Assembly (NCBI GenBank): GCA_029907355.1
Contig: JARYLZ010000001.1
Span: forward strand, 64,522-128,521
Source: Bacteroidota bacterium
GTDB lineage: Bacteria; Bacteroidota; Ignavibacteria; SZUA-365
Direction: 5' to 3'
Length of the DNA stretch: 64,000 bases
The notes below the pieces were generated by a model. That model saw only the letters and a list, made by a program, of their open reading frames with translations, was not told where the DNA came from and searched no databases. Position 1 is the first letter of the stretch. Each line of letters opens with the position of its first letter. The position numbers and the translations under genes were made by a program. Positions 39,009 to 48,493 of the stretch are shown here, in pieces.

Positions 39009-40652
39009 CTACCACATGACTTCCGTTTTGAGGAAGACGGTTCCTTCGTTCTCACCCCTTTCTTTTTTAATATCTTTTGTGAATCGATATGTAAAGCTCA
39101 TTACAATATCCTTTATCGGCTCATAGCGAAAACCGGCTTCGACCACATACTTGTATTCCTTTGGCCCTTCTAAAAATCGTGCCGTCTGGTTATCTCTCTC
39201 AAAATCAAATTTTACCGTCACATCTCCCCCATGATTTCTAATTAAATTACCCGTGGAATCATACTCATTTGCCCCGTGCCGATCCATGCTGAGGCACACC
39301 GTAGATTCGAATTTTGTTGAGGGTTTCCATGATATCGAGCATCGAATTCTGTCGCTGTTAGGGGGAAGATCCAATCCCAAGGCTACTCCATTCATCGTAT
39401 AATCGTTATTTCGGAAAATATGGCTGTAAACATATGGTTCAATACGGGTGTACTCCATACCTATACGGGTATCAGTGAAAAGGTCGTCATTAAGCACCCC
39501 TATCTGCCAAATAAATTTATTTCCCCACCACCCATTTCCTATTTTCCCGAAATCAATGTCATCGATGAGCCAAGATCCATAGAATTCGGTCCCTTTAAGA
39601 CACAGTGATTGCATTTCAATTCCCAGCATCGGGTTATCCCGATCTCCCGTAGCATGTTCAACTGATTTAAAAAAATTCACCGGAAGAAGGTATGCAGGAT
39701 CGAGCGATCTCTGGGAGTAGATAACCGATTCGAAAAGTCCGACTCGCAGGAACTGAAAAAGATCCATCTCCGCTCGATGATACACAAGATATTTTCCCGG
39801 GTAGTGTGGGCGTGCATTTTCCACGAGTTCTTTTTCCCCCATGAGAAAGCCATGGATGTAGGTAAAGCGAAAATCACTCGTGAAGACATCGAATCGAAAT
39901 GCATCGAAAACACGTGCGCGATCGCTTATTATTGTCTTCGACCAGGGGCTGTTTCCCACCATGATGCGTTCTCTACTCAAAGACAATGCACCCCACGACC
40001 ATCCATGCGAAAGATGTCCTTCACTCAAGTCAAAGAATGCATTTCCCCAATCCGCGAAGTTTACCGCTTGTTTGAGAAAAGGGTCCTTCCTCGCGTAGCT
40101 CGTGTCACCGGATAATGTCCCATTCGTAGCCTGCATCCCATACCCTAAAACACCCCCAAAGGTCCCGCGTATTCTTCCCCCGACACGTCCCATGAAAACG
40201 TTCGAGCTCTTCTTTTTGTTCACGAAAAAACGATATTCGATTGAACCTAAAGCCTCGATGTACAACCGAGAATTGTGATCTTCACTTGCCCAGGTGTAGA
40301 GATATTTCTCATCATCAGAAAGTATCCCTTTTGTCCCATCTCGAAAGAGAACCGCCGCCCTCTGATTACCTTCCTCTTCCTCGATGAATTCATTACGATA
40401 GCGAAGCAAAAGACTTTTCTCTCCCTCTTCCAGTTCATCGATACGTGTATCTATTTGTCGAAGGAAAGAGGTTATCGCCCTTCGTTCTAGAGGCAAGATG
40501 GTTCTGCTGTACCCAGTAACGATTTGTTTCACATGCATTCGGTCGAGGAAGTCATAGACCGGGTGGTTCGCCGGGACATGTTCCATCTGAGTTCGTGCCG
40601 TTCCTGGGAGAAGGACAAACAGAGTAATGAGAACAGCACGGCGGAGGTTCAT
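39009..40652 (-). CDS. outer-membrane beta-barrel protein, possibly Wzi-like capsule/EPS assembly protein
   Basis: Signal peptide (LLPGTARTQ). The N-terminal region is helical. The body shows the amphipathic alternating aromatic/Gly-rich strands typical of beta-barrels. The final residue is aromatic (W). It is adjacent to a polyprenyl-phosphate sugar transferase. The family assignment is tentative. Confidence 0.6.
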   Translation of the reverse strand: MNLRRAVLITLFVLLPGTARTQMEHVPANHPVYDFLDRMHVKQIVTGYSRTILPLERRAITSFLRQIDTRIDELEEGEKSLLLRYRNEFIEEEEGNQRAAVLFRDGTKGILSDDEKYLYTWASEDHNSRLYIEALGSIEYRFFVNKKKSSNVFMGRVGGRIRGTFGGVLGYGMQATNGTLSGDTSYARKDPFLKQAVNFADWGNAFFDLSEGHLSHGWSWGALSLSRERIMVGNSPWSKTIISDRARVFDAFRFDVFTSDFRFTYIHGFLMGEKELVENARPHYPGKYLVYHRAEMDLFQFLRVGLFESVIYSQRSLDPAYLLPVNFFKSVEHATGDRDNPMLGIEMQSLCLKGTEFYGSWLIDDIDFGKIGNGWWGNKFIWQIGVLNDDLFTDTRIGMEYTRIEPYVYSHIFRNNDYTMNGVALGLDLPPNSDRIRCSISWKPSTKFESTVCLSMDRHGANEYDSTGNLIRNHGGDVTVKFDFERDNQTARFLEGPKEYKYVVEAGFRYEPIKDIVMSFTYRFTKDIKKERGENEGTVFLKTEVMW

Positions 40653-42058
40653 GTATGCCCTCGCCCTCTGAGCACATTATAAGTCGTCGATAATAGGATT
40701 TTCAAATCCATCCTAATCGACATGTTCTCGATGTAAAATAGATCGTAACTCAGTTTCGTTCTCACATCCTCGATGCTCTGATCGTACCTGTGCTTGACCT
40801 GAGCCCAACCCGTTAGTCCAGGTCGGACATTCAAACGACGTCTATAGAGCGGTATTTCCTTGATAAATTTCTCAACGAAAAAGGGACGCTCCGGTCGCGG
40901 ACCGACGAGACTCATATCACCCTGAAGGACATTGATCATTTGGGGGAGTTCATCGAGGTGGGTTTTCCGGAGAAATCTTCCCAGCGGTGTTACACGCGGG
41001 TCATCTTTTTGTGCCCAACGGGGTCCGGTCTGTTTTTCCGCATCGACGTACATTGTTCTGAATTTTATGATCCGAAACGTTTTCATATCCTTCCCCACAC
41101 GTTGCTGCCTATAAAAAACCGGACCGGGATTCGTCAGTTTTTGAGCCACCGCAAGAATGAGGAAAAGCGGGGCACCAAGCGTGAGGATGACCAAGGATAC
41201 TGTAATGTCAATTGCGCGCTTTAAAAAAGCTTCCCATGGTGCTAAAAGTTGAGGAGTAACCTCGATCAGGGGTATCCCATAGAGTTGATTCGTCCGCGCC
41301 TGTCCCGAAACGATGTCATACATATCCGGACGTATTTTTATCCCAACATTAAAAGCGCTACATCTTCCTATAATTTCAAGGAGGAGTTCATGTTCTGTTG
41401 AAGCAAGGGCAATTAAGATTTCTTCAATATTTTCTCGTTTTATGACATCCTCCAGATCAGATAACTCTCCAATTTTTTGAAGACAATGATTCTTTTCGTC
41501 ATGTGCATCACTATCGGTGAAAATTCCACCGATAACGCGATAACCTAATGCCGGGAAATTTTCGACGAGGCATTTTAGTTCCTCAGCCTTTTTTCCACTT
41601 CCGACGATGAGCGTATTTCTGTGCCCTATACCTGCGAGCAACATGCGTCGACGCACACTACGTACGCATGCACGCCCGGAACCCACAAAAACGAGGAGAA
41701 TTGCCCAGTATAAAACGATTTTCAACCGTGATGTCGCCGTCTCCTGCGTTAATGCATCGTCAAGGAAAATCACGAAGAAAAGAATAATGACGCCGAATGT
41801 GACGGCTTTACCGACCAGGATCAGCTCATCGACGCGGGATTTGGCCCACCATGGGCGATACAACCCAAAAAGCCAGAATACGATGAGCCAGTAGAGGTTG
41901 ACAACCATCATAGGGAGAAAAAAATCTGGAATGGTCGGGAGGATAAATAGACCGGATCGTACACGGATGTAGTAATAAGCCATCCATGCCAAGGAAACGG
42001 CTATGACATCCGCAAGGAGCAGAACCCATAATTCTTGGATTCTTCTACGTCCACCCAT
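40649..42058 (-). CDS. exopolysaccharide polyprenyl glycosylphosphotransferase (WbaP/CpsE-type bacterial sugar transferase)
   Basis: N-terminal TM helices. The C-terminal domain reads PGPVFYRQQRVGKDMKTFRIIKFRTM...LDELPQMINVLQGDMSLVGPRPERPFFV...RPGLTGWAQV, which is the Bac_transf (PF02397) signature. Confidence 0.9.
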   Translation of the reverse strand: MGGRRRIQELWVLLLADVIAVSLAWMAYYYIRVRSGLFILPTIPDFFLPMMVVNLYWLIVFWLFGLYRPWWAKSRVDELILVGKAVTFGVIILFFVIFLDDALTQETATSRLKIVLYWAILLVFVGSGRACVRSVRRRMLLAGIGHRNTLIVGSGKKAEELKCLVENFPALGYRVIGGIFTDSDAHDEKNHCLQKIGELSDLEDVIKRENIEEILIALASTEHELLLEIIGRCSAFNVGIKIRPDMYDIVSGQARTNQLYGIPLIEVTPQLLAPWEAFLKRAIDITVSLVILTLGAPLFLILAVAQKLTNPGPVFYRQQRVGKDMKTFRIIKFRTMYVDAEKQTGPRWAQKDDPRVTPLGRFLRKTHLDELPQMINVLQGDMSLVGPRPERPFFVEKFIKEIPLYRRRLNVRPGLTGWAQVKHRYDQSIEDVRTKLSYDLFYIENMSIRMDLKILLSTTYNVLRGRGHT

Positions 42059-42262
42059 CTTTCCCTATCCACATCCTGATGCAAGAGATGAAATATTTCA
42101 TTCAGAAATTGAAAATACTCGTTTTTTCATCCATGGGAAATGTGTCCTCAGGAATGGATTTTGCCTGTATCCGTATGATTCTTGTTTCGCTTCTTCCTTT
42201 TCCCAAAAAAGAACCGGAATTCTTTCAAGGGATCATGATTAGCATATAGAATCGGTCATTCA

Positions 42263-45259
42263 TCATGGGGGATCTTCTTTCCCGCTGTCGATACTTGCGA
42301 GTGCTTGCCGGACAGCATCATGAAGAACAGTACGGAATGGAAGAAGAAGTGTGTTCGTTCTCGTCGGGTGAATTCGATTTGTGAGAAAGACAACGGCGAC
42401 CTCCGCTTGCGGGTCCACCCAAATCGATGTCCCAGTAAAACCGGTATGTCCAAATGATTCGAACGAGAAAAACCGACCTGCCGATGAACCGACCGAAGAT
42501 TTCCCATCCCAACCGAGTGCTCGTGGACCAGGAAACTGTTTGTGGGTGAACATCTCCACTGTTTTGCTTTTCAGAAAACGTGTCCCATTAAACTCACCCC
42601 CATTCATCAACATCAGGATGAACCGACCGAGATCCGTCGCTGTCGAAAAAAGACCGGCATGACCCGCCACACCACCCAGTAACGCTGCACGTTCATCATG
42701 GACCTCCCCTTGAAGGAGGCGATGTCTCCATACCGAATCGTATTCCGTTGGGGCACAGAAGGCTTTCAAGGAATCCGGCGGCAGAAACATCGTATGTTTC
42801 ATACCAAGCGGTTTGAAAAAGATTTCCTCGGTGTAGCGATCCAACGATTTCCCGACGATACTCTCGATAACTTTGCCAAGGGCAATGATCCCGATATCCG
42901 AGTACACTGTTTTTGTTCCTGTCGAGTACACGAGCCGTTCCGAAAGCATGGTATCGAGAGCTTGTTCGGCTGTCGAACAGAATGACTCGTAAGATCTGAA
43001 TGCAGGTAGGCCGCTGTTGTGCAGGAGTAGATTTCTAACCGTGACCTTTTCCTTGCCGTTTTTCCTAAACGCAGGAAGATACACTTCTACCGGGGTGTCG
43101 AGATCGAGGCTTCCTTCCTCCACTAACTTCATAGCCGCAGCCGTCGTTGCAATGACTTTGGTCAACGAGGCAAGATCGTACATCGTATTGGAATCGACGA
43201 CCGGTGAGGAAGGTGAATACGTCAAACGGCCGTATGAACGGTAGTAAACCGGCGTTCCGCCATGAATGACTAAGAGTTGGGCACCGGGGAATGCGTGTTG
43301 CCGGATCGCTTTTTCGACAAGCGAATCAACTCGACGGAAATCGGCCTTGCGAGTTCGGTCGTTCGTGATATGGGAGAATCCCAGAGCAGTACCGCGCAGG
43401 GCAATTCCAGGGATCGTTATAGGGAGAGCACCAGTTGGATTGGTTTCCCCGACAAGAACCTCAATCCCAGCGGTGATTGAAGCATCATCGTCACCATACA
43501 TGCAGATATACGCATTCACCCAAGGCACCGCTGTGATCACATACGGATTGCCAAAGGATATTAACACCGCTCGAGGGCAACCGCGAGCAATCCTTTCAAG
43601 AAACATTCGCTGGTCCCGGGAAAAGGTGATCTCGCCTGTCCCTGGTTCTGCTTTGACAAACGAAGCGAGAACAAGACAACTTGATTTCCGGACGATCTTC
43701 TCCCATCGCTTGATATCTGAACGTGTCACGGCCCGCTCCACCGTGTAACATTTCGCAGCAGGAAACCGCCTAACCATTTCTTTTTCAAACCGCTCTGTAA
43801 TCCTCCTATCCCCGTGAGTGATAAAAGAGAGACACGTGATATTCCGTGTGGTTTTTCCCTGGAGGGGTAAAATCCCCGAGTTGTTGCGAACGAGAGTGGC
43901 TGCTCTCCGGGCGAGGTCCAATGCAAAAACACGATGCGTGCTGTCCTGCAGAGTCGAATCCATAGCTTGCCGGTTTGGTAAACGATGCGTGGACAGACCA
44001 AGCCACTCCTTGTAGCGTAGAATGCGGCGAACCGAACGATAGACCTGTAAGGTATCAAGCGTCCCCTGGCTAAGTGCTAATGCAACAGCTTTTACGGCTG
44101 AGAAAGGATCATGCGGCATGAGAATTATGTCCGCGCCTGCGCGAACCGCTTCCACGCAGGCGGAATCATTATTAAACGATCTCCCTACCGCCTTCATATT
44201 CATTGCATCAGTGACAATAAGACCCTTGAAACCTATAACACCGCGAAGAAGCGAATCGAGAACCGCCCCCGACAATGTTGCAGGTCGTATACCCCCTGTA
44301 TCGATTATCGCAAGGGCAAGATGCCCCGTCATAATCGCCAGCACACCGGCCCGAACGACATGGCGGAACGGAACGAGTTCGACGGAATCCAATCGACATT
44401 GAGAATGCCAAAGCGTCGGGAGATCGGTATGAGAATCTCTCTCGGTATCACCGTGACCGGGAAAGTGTTTTGCCGTGGCTATCACCCTTTCATCCTGAAT
44501 GCCCCGCAAGTACGCCTCGGCAAGCTGTGCGACAAGTTCCGGTTCTTCGCCGAATGAACGAATGTTGATGACAGGGTTGAGGGGGTTGTTGTTCACATCG
44601 ACGACGGGAGCATAATTCTGATAGACTCCGAGGGCACGTGACTCCTCGGCGACCATTCGCCCCAAGGTGTACGCAAGTTCCGGTGAGCGGCAGGCACCGA
44701 CTGCCATTGCCGACGGAAATGAGACGGCATCTCTGAGACGCATCCCAAGGCCGTTTTCGAAATCTGCCGAGATCAACAGTGGTACCTGAACCTGCGACTG
44801 AGCCCATTCGATCAAGCGGGTGGCTGCTCCCACCGTACCCTTCGATAAAACGAGCCCTCCCACACCGAGATCGGAGAGAAACGGCCGAAGGCGATGCAAA
44901 GTCACTTCACTCGTGTCTCCATAGGTGAAAGGGACAATCATTTGCGCAATCCGCTTTTCGAGTGTCATCGAGGCGAAAACACTATCGACCCATGGTGTCG
45001 AAACGGAAGGATGGACCGGCTCGAGATCGTCGATCAGCAATGAATCAGGCGGAAGTTCGGACAAGCGAACAGGGGGCAGACAGTGGCTTTCCCCCACGGT
45101 TGGAGGAGCAGATCCGAGCGACGGGAGAGCAAGATTCCCATTGCTCGCGACAGGTTCCATCGACGAGCATGCCGCAAGGAAAAAGAGTGCGGAGTAAAGA
45201 ATCGTCGCGAACCGAATCCATCGTTCACGAAATGCAGATCGGGGAGGATGAGCGGACAT
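42263..45259 (-). CDS. lipoprotein fusing a GH3 (NagZ-like beta-N-acetylhexosaminidase) domain to a beta-lactamase/PBP-like serine hydrolase domain
   Basis: The lipobox is LAAC. The N-terminal half (KRIAQMIVPF, GGLVL, LISADFENG, ATAKHFPGHGDTERDSHTDLP) is a GH3 N-domain with the catalytic D-x-x-KHFPGHG region. The C-terminal half carries the SxxK motif (ASLTKVIA) typical of class C beta-lactamase / AmpH-like hydrolases. Confidence 0.85.
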   Translation of the reverse strand: MSAHPPRSAFRERWIRFATILYSALFFLAACSSMEPVASNGNLALPSLGSAPPTVGESHCLPPVRLSELPPDSLLIDDLEPVHPSVSTPWVDSVFASMTLEKRIAQMIVPFTYGDTSEVTLHRLRPFLSDLGVGGLVLSKGTVGAATRLIEWAQSQVQVPLLISADFENGLGMRLRDAVSFPSAMAVGACRSPELAYTLGRMVAEESRALGVYQNYAPVVDVNNNPLNPVINIRSFGEEPELVAQLAEAYLRGIQDERVIATAKHFPGHGDTERDSHTDLPTLWHSQCRLDSVELVPFRHVVRAGVLAIMTGHLALAIIDTGGIRPATLSGAVLDSLLRGVIGFKGLIVTDAMNMKAVGRSFNNDSACVEAVRAGADIILMPHDPFSAVKAVALALSQGTLDTLQVYRSVRRILRYKEWLGLSTHRLPNRQAMDSTLQDSTHRVFALDLARRAATLVRNNSGILPLQGKTTRNITCLSFITHGDRRITERFEKEMVRRFPAAKCYTVERAVTRSDIKRWEKIVRKSSCLVLASFVKAEPGTGEITFSRDQRMFLERIARGCPRAVLISFGNPYVITAVPWVNAYICMYGDDDASITAGIEVLVGETNPTGALPITIPGIALRGTALGFSHITNDRTRKADFRRVDSLVEKAIRQHAFPGAQLLVIHGGTPVYYRSYGRLTYSPSSPVVDSNTMYDLASLTKVIATTAAAMKLVEEGSLDLDTPVEVYLPAFRKNGKEKVTVRNLLLHNSGLPAFRSYESFCSTAEQALDTMLSERLVYSTGTKTVYSDIGIIALGKVIESIVGKSLDRYTEEIFFKPLGMKHTMFLPPDSLKAFCAPTEYDSVWRHRLLQGEVHDERAALLGGVAGHAGLFSTATDLGRFILMLMNGGEFNGTRFLKSKTVEMFTHKQFPGPRALGWDGKSSVGSSAGRFFSFESFGHTGFTGTSIWVDPQAEVAVVFLTNRIHPTRTNTLLLPFRTVLHDAVRQALASIDSGKEDPP

Positions 45260-47961
45260 CAGTCCCTTTTCCGAACAATATATTCCAGTGAATCAAGCGC
45301 GAGCACGATGCGAATTTCCGCATAGGTCATTTCATCACCGAGCATCGCCTTTATTTTCTTGAGGTCCGACCTCCCACAGCGGACACATGCCGATCGGATT
45401 TTTTCCTGTCGCACAGGCGGCACAAGGGTATCAATGTCCCTCAGTATCCCACGTTCTATGAGTTCTGACACATGTTGAGAGACGGTCCCTTCTGTCAGAC
45501 CCCGGCGCTTCGCGATCTCGGGAATCGACAAACCTTGGATGCAGAGATCGAGAATCGCCCGAAGGGAGGGGGATAGATCCTTGAGCGCATCACCAGTGCG
45601 AGATGCAGTCTCGGCAAGCTCTCTCTCATGCAGGTATTCGCGAATCGCGGCGAGAAACTGCTTCCCCACCCGTTTCACCGTGATCGGACCAACGCCTTCG
45701 ACACGTAGAAGTTCCTCATCGGTTTTCGGGAGTGCATTGGCTATGTTCACAAGGACTGAATCGGGAAGCAGAGCATGCGAGGGAAGGATAAGATCGGCCG
45801 CTACACGGCGCCTGACTGCGCGGAGTGTTTCGTATAGAAGCCGATCTTTTGCCCCACCGGCAATGGCCTCCTTGAGAGGAGGAAGATCGAGAGGGCTAAT
45901 ATCGCGCCCGAGTTTCGCTTTCCCGAGTTCCGTCACGCGCAGTGTCCCGCGGGGCCCGGTAGTCTTCCGGATCCATCCCATGCCGAGCATCGTCTCAATG
46001 ACCCCAAACAGGTCGGAACGATCTTCTTCATGGCAGGAACCGTAGCTTGGTACCTCATGGAGTTTGAACTGGGAAACGCGGCGTGAATTGGAACCACGGA
46101 GGACATCAACAATAGCATGAGCACCGAATTTTCCATCCAATTCCGCAATGCATTGGAGAATTTTTCCCGCGCACCTGTCGAAGAGATCACCGGAGTCTTC
46201 CCCAGAAAGGGAAACCGTCGAATGGGTACAATTGTCGCACTTCCCACAAACACCTCTTACATCGTCTTCCTGGAAGTATTCCAAAATGACATTTCGCCTG
46301 CATTCCGAGCTCTGGAGATAGTGTTCGACCGCATGGAGTTTCCGCTGTTGTCTCCGCATGCGCTCCTCGAGGGCTGAGAAGTCAACCGCAAGATCACGCG
46401 AGGGCACTCTTTCTCCGAGGAGAGCTATTCCTCCTTGTGTCGTGCCAGAACGGAAATCCACAATACGCAGGGTGTGGAGTTCTCTTACCCCCGTGAGGAT
46501 TTGGTCCTCGGAACGGAACGCTTTTTCTGCAATTTCCGGAAGAGAGACCACGACAGGATAATGAAAGGCTTCGGCCCCGACGGCGCGGAGAAGTGCGACA
46601 GCGACGGGAGCGAGAGTCTCCGGCGCCGTGTCGACAAGCCATCGACGCATGCTCTCGGGATCCAAGAGGAATCGGAGCGAGGCTTGTACATAGCGTGCAT
46701 CGTAGCGCCGGATATACCCGCTTCGTTCGAGCACATCAAGTGCGCCTCGCACTGCGGCTTCCCCAACATTCCCTATTCTCGCTGCAATCGATTGCTCATT
46801 GAGATTCAGGAGACCGCGGAACCTCCCACCGATCTGGGTTCCCGCCACGTTATGGAGATGCGAATAGACGGTTTTCACAAGAGCACGGTCCGGGTAATTC
46901 TGACGGATGAAGAATTCCGGAAGAGCACGGTCTCCGGGGTTGTAAAGGATCGTGCAGATGCTTTCCCCGCCGTCTCGGCCGGCGCGACCTGCCTCTTGAT
47001 AGTATTGTTCGATGGTCCCCGGCATGTCGTGATGAATTACGAAGCGAACATCGGGCTTGTCGATTCCCATGCCGAAAGCCGTTGTTGCGACAATGACGCG
47101 GGTATCCCCCTCCATGAAACGGTTCTGGACTTCCTTTCTTCGGATGTCTTCGAGTCCTGCATGGTAGGCTTCCGCTTTTATCGCACGGCTCTGGAGGAGG
47201 GCGGCCAATTCTTCGGCCGTATTCCGCGTACCAGTATAAACGATACCGGTGAGGTTTGAACGACATGCCGCGAAGATCTCCTCGCGCTTCGAGACTTTCG
47301 TGCGCACGCGGAAGACGAGATTTTCCCTGTTGAACCCACGAACGATGATGTGCGGTTGACGGAGGCCAAGTTGTCGTACAATGTCCTCACGGACATCCGG
47401 AGTCGCCGTGGCGGTGAGGGCGACGACCTGAGGTCTCCCGAACAGTTCGATCGCCGTACGCAGTTTCAGATAGCTCGGTCGAAAATCGTGCCCCCACTCG
47501 CTGATGCAGTGCGCCTCATCCACCGCGAAAAGCCCAACGTGTATCCCGCGCATTCGTTCAAGAAACGCAGGGCTCTCGAATCTTTCCGGGGCGACATAGA
47601 TCAGCCGGTATACGCCACGTTGTGCCTTTTCCATTCTTTCGAGCGCATCGCGGAAATCAAGCATCGAATTAACGAATGTCGCGCGGATTCCCGCCCGCAG
47701 CAAGGACTCCACCTGATCGTGCATGAGAGAAATCAAGGGGGAAACAACGATCGTCAGACCTTCGAGGAGAAGGGCGGGGATCTGGTAACAGATGGATTTC
47801 CCTCCCCCCGTCGGCATGACAGCAAGGGTGTCCCGACCATCCAGTACAGATCGGATGATTTCATCCTGACCGGGGCGGAAATCCTCATACCCGAAGTATT
47901 TCCGGAGGATCTCGCGCGCATCGGCAAGGGACGGTCTCGTTTGTTGTTGCATCTCAATCAT
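45259..47961 (-). CDS. recQ: ATP-dependent DNA helicase RecQ with C-terminal HRDC, HhH and LuxR/GerE-type HTH extension
   Basis: FRPGQDEII is motif 0, TGGGKS is Walker A, DEAH is motif II, and CGKCDNC is the RQC zinc finger. The HRDC region is LLYETLRAVRRRVAAD...LPDSVLVNIA. The tail LSPSLRAILDLCIQGLSIPEIAKRRGLTEGTVSQHVSELIERG resembles a LuxR/sigma-70 region 4 HTH. The start is set at the internal Met (MIEMQQQ), because the ORF-track N-terminal extension runs back to the stop of the upstream gene. Confidence 0.9.
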   Translation of the reverse strand: MIEMQQQTRPSLADAREILRKYFGYEDFRPGQDEIIRSVLDGRDTLAVMPTGGGKSICYQIPALLLEGLTIVVSPLISLMHDQVESLLRAGIRATFVNSMLDFRDALERMEKAQRGVYRLIYVAPERFESPAFLERMRGIHVGLFAVDEAHCISEWGHDFRPSYLKLRTAIELFGRPQVVALTATATPDVREDIVRQLGLRQPHIIVRGFNRENLVFRVRTKVSKREEIFAACRSNLTGIVYTGTRNTAEELAALLQSRAIKAEAYHAGLEDIRRKEVQNRFMEGDTRVIVATTAFGMGIDKPDVRFVIHHDMPGTIEQYYQEAGRAGRDGGESICTILYNPGDRALPEFFIRQNYPDRALVKTVYSHLHNVAGTQIGGRFRGLLNLNEQSIAARIGNVGEAAVRGALDVLERSGYIRRYDARYVQASLRFLLDPESMRRWLVDTAPETLAPVAVALLRAVGAEAFHYPVVVSLPEIAEKAFRSEDQILTGVRELHTLRIVDFRSGTTQGGIALLGERVPSRDLAVDFSALEERMRRQQRKLHAVEHYLQSSECRRNVILEYFQEDDVRGVCGKCDNCTHSTVSLSGEDSGDLFDRCAGKILQCIAELDGKFGAHAIVDVLRGSNSRRVSQFKLHEVPSYGSCHEEDRSDLFGVIETMLGMGWIRKTTGPRGTLRVTELGKAKLGRDISPLDLPPLKEAIAGGAKDRLLYETLRAVRRRVAADLILPSHALLPDSVLVNIANALPKTDEELLRVEGVGPITVKRVGKQFLAAIREYLHERELAETASRTGDALKDLSPSLRAILDLCIQGLSIPEIAKRRGLTEGTVSQHVSELIERGILRDIDTLVPPVRQEKIRSACVRCGRSDLKKIKAMLGDEMTYAEIRIVLALDSLEYIVRKRD

Positions 47962-48097
47962 CACCTTTTCCCACTCGTACTCCACTTCTACACAACAGAA
48001 GGGTTGAATGTTTCCACTGCACTCTCTCAAGGGCAACGGGTGACGGGAATGTCCCATCCTGCCCTCGTAACCGAGGATGTTGCGGTCGCTCGCCCCC

Positions 48098-48493
48098 TCA
48101 GAGAGGATAGTACGGGGCGAGTTGGTCAGCCATGTAGCGGGTGACGGCGACGATCACACCAAAATCATCGAGATAGCCGAAGAATGGGGAAAGATCGGGT
48201 ATCGCGTCGAGAGGGAGAATGAAATACAGAAGGGCCGACACGACGATGATCTTTCTCTGCCAGGGAACGGATGAATCAGTGAAATAACGCCAGAGGGCGA
48301 TGAGGTCCTGCGCGAATCGCAGTTTGCTCCCCACTTCCGACATTTTCCTCTCGAAACCGGAGGAGACGATACGCGCCTTCTCCTCGTACTGGCGCTCATC
48401 CATCTCATCATCCGTCTCGTCGAAATCGGACATGTTTTCACGTTGAACATCCATGGCAAACCTCGGAGGGATTGTTATCAGGGCTTGTCGCAT
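48098..48493 (-). CDS. DUF1232 (YkvA-like) small membrane protein
   Basis: LLYFILPLDAIPDLSPFFGYLDDFGVIVA matches the P.D.IPD..P..G..DD core of DUF1232. The N-terminal third is acidic. The exact start is uncertain. Confidence 0.65.
   Translation of the reverse strand: MRQALITIPPRFAMDVQRENMSDFDETDDEMDERQYEEKARIVSSGFERKMSEVGSKLRFAQDLIALWRYFTDSSVPWQRKIIVVSALLYFILPLDAIPDLSPFFGYLDDFGVIVAVTRYMADQLAPYYPL

Noticed and set aside
46435-48144. 274-aa and 264-aa plus-strand ORFs opposite recQ
   Set aside because: Shadow ORFs of a GC-rich conserved helicase gene with no motifs.
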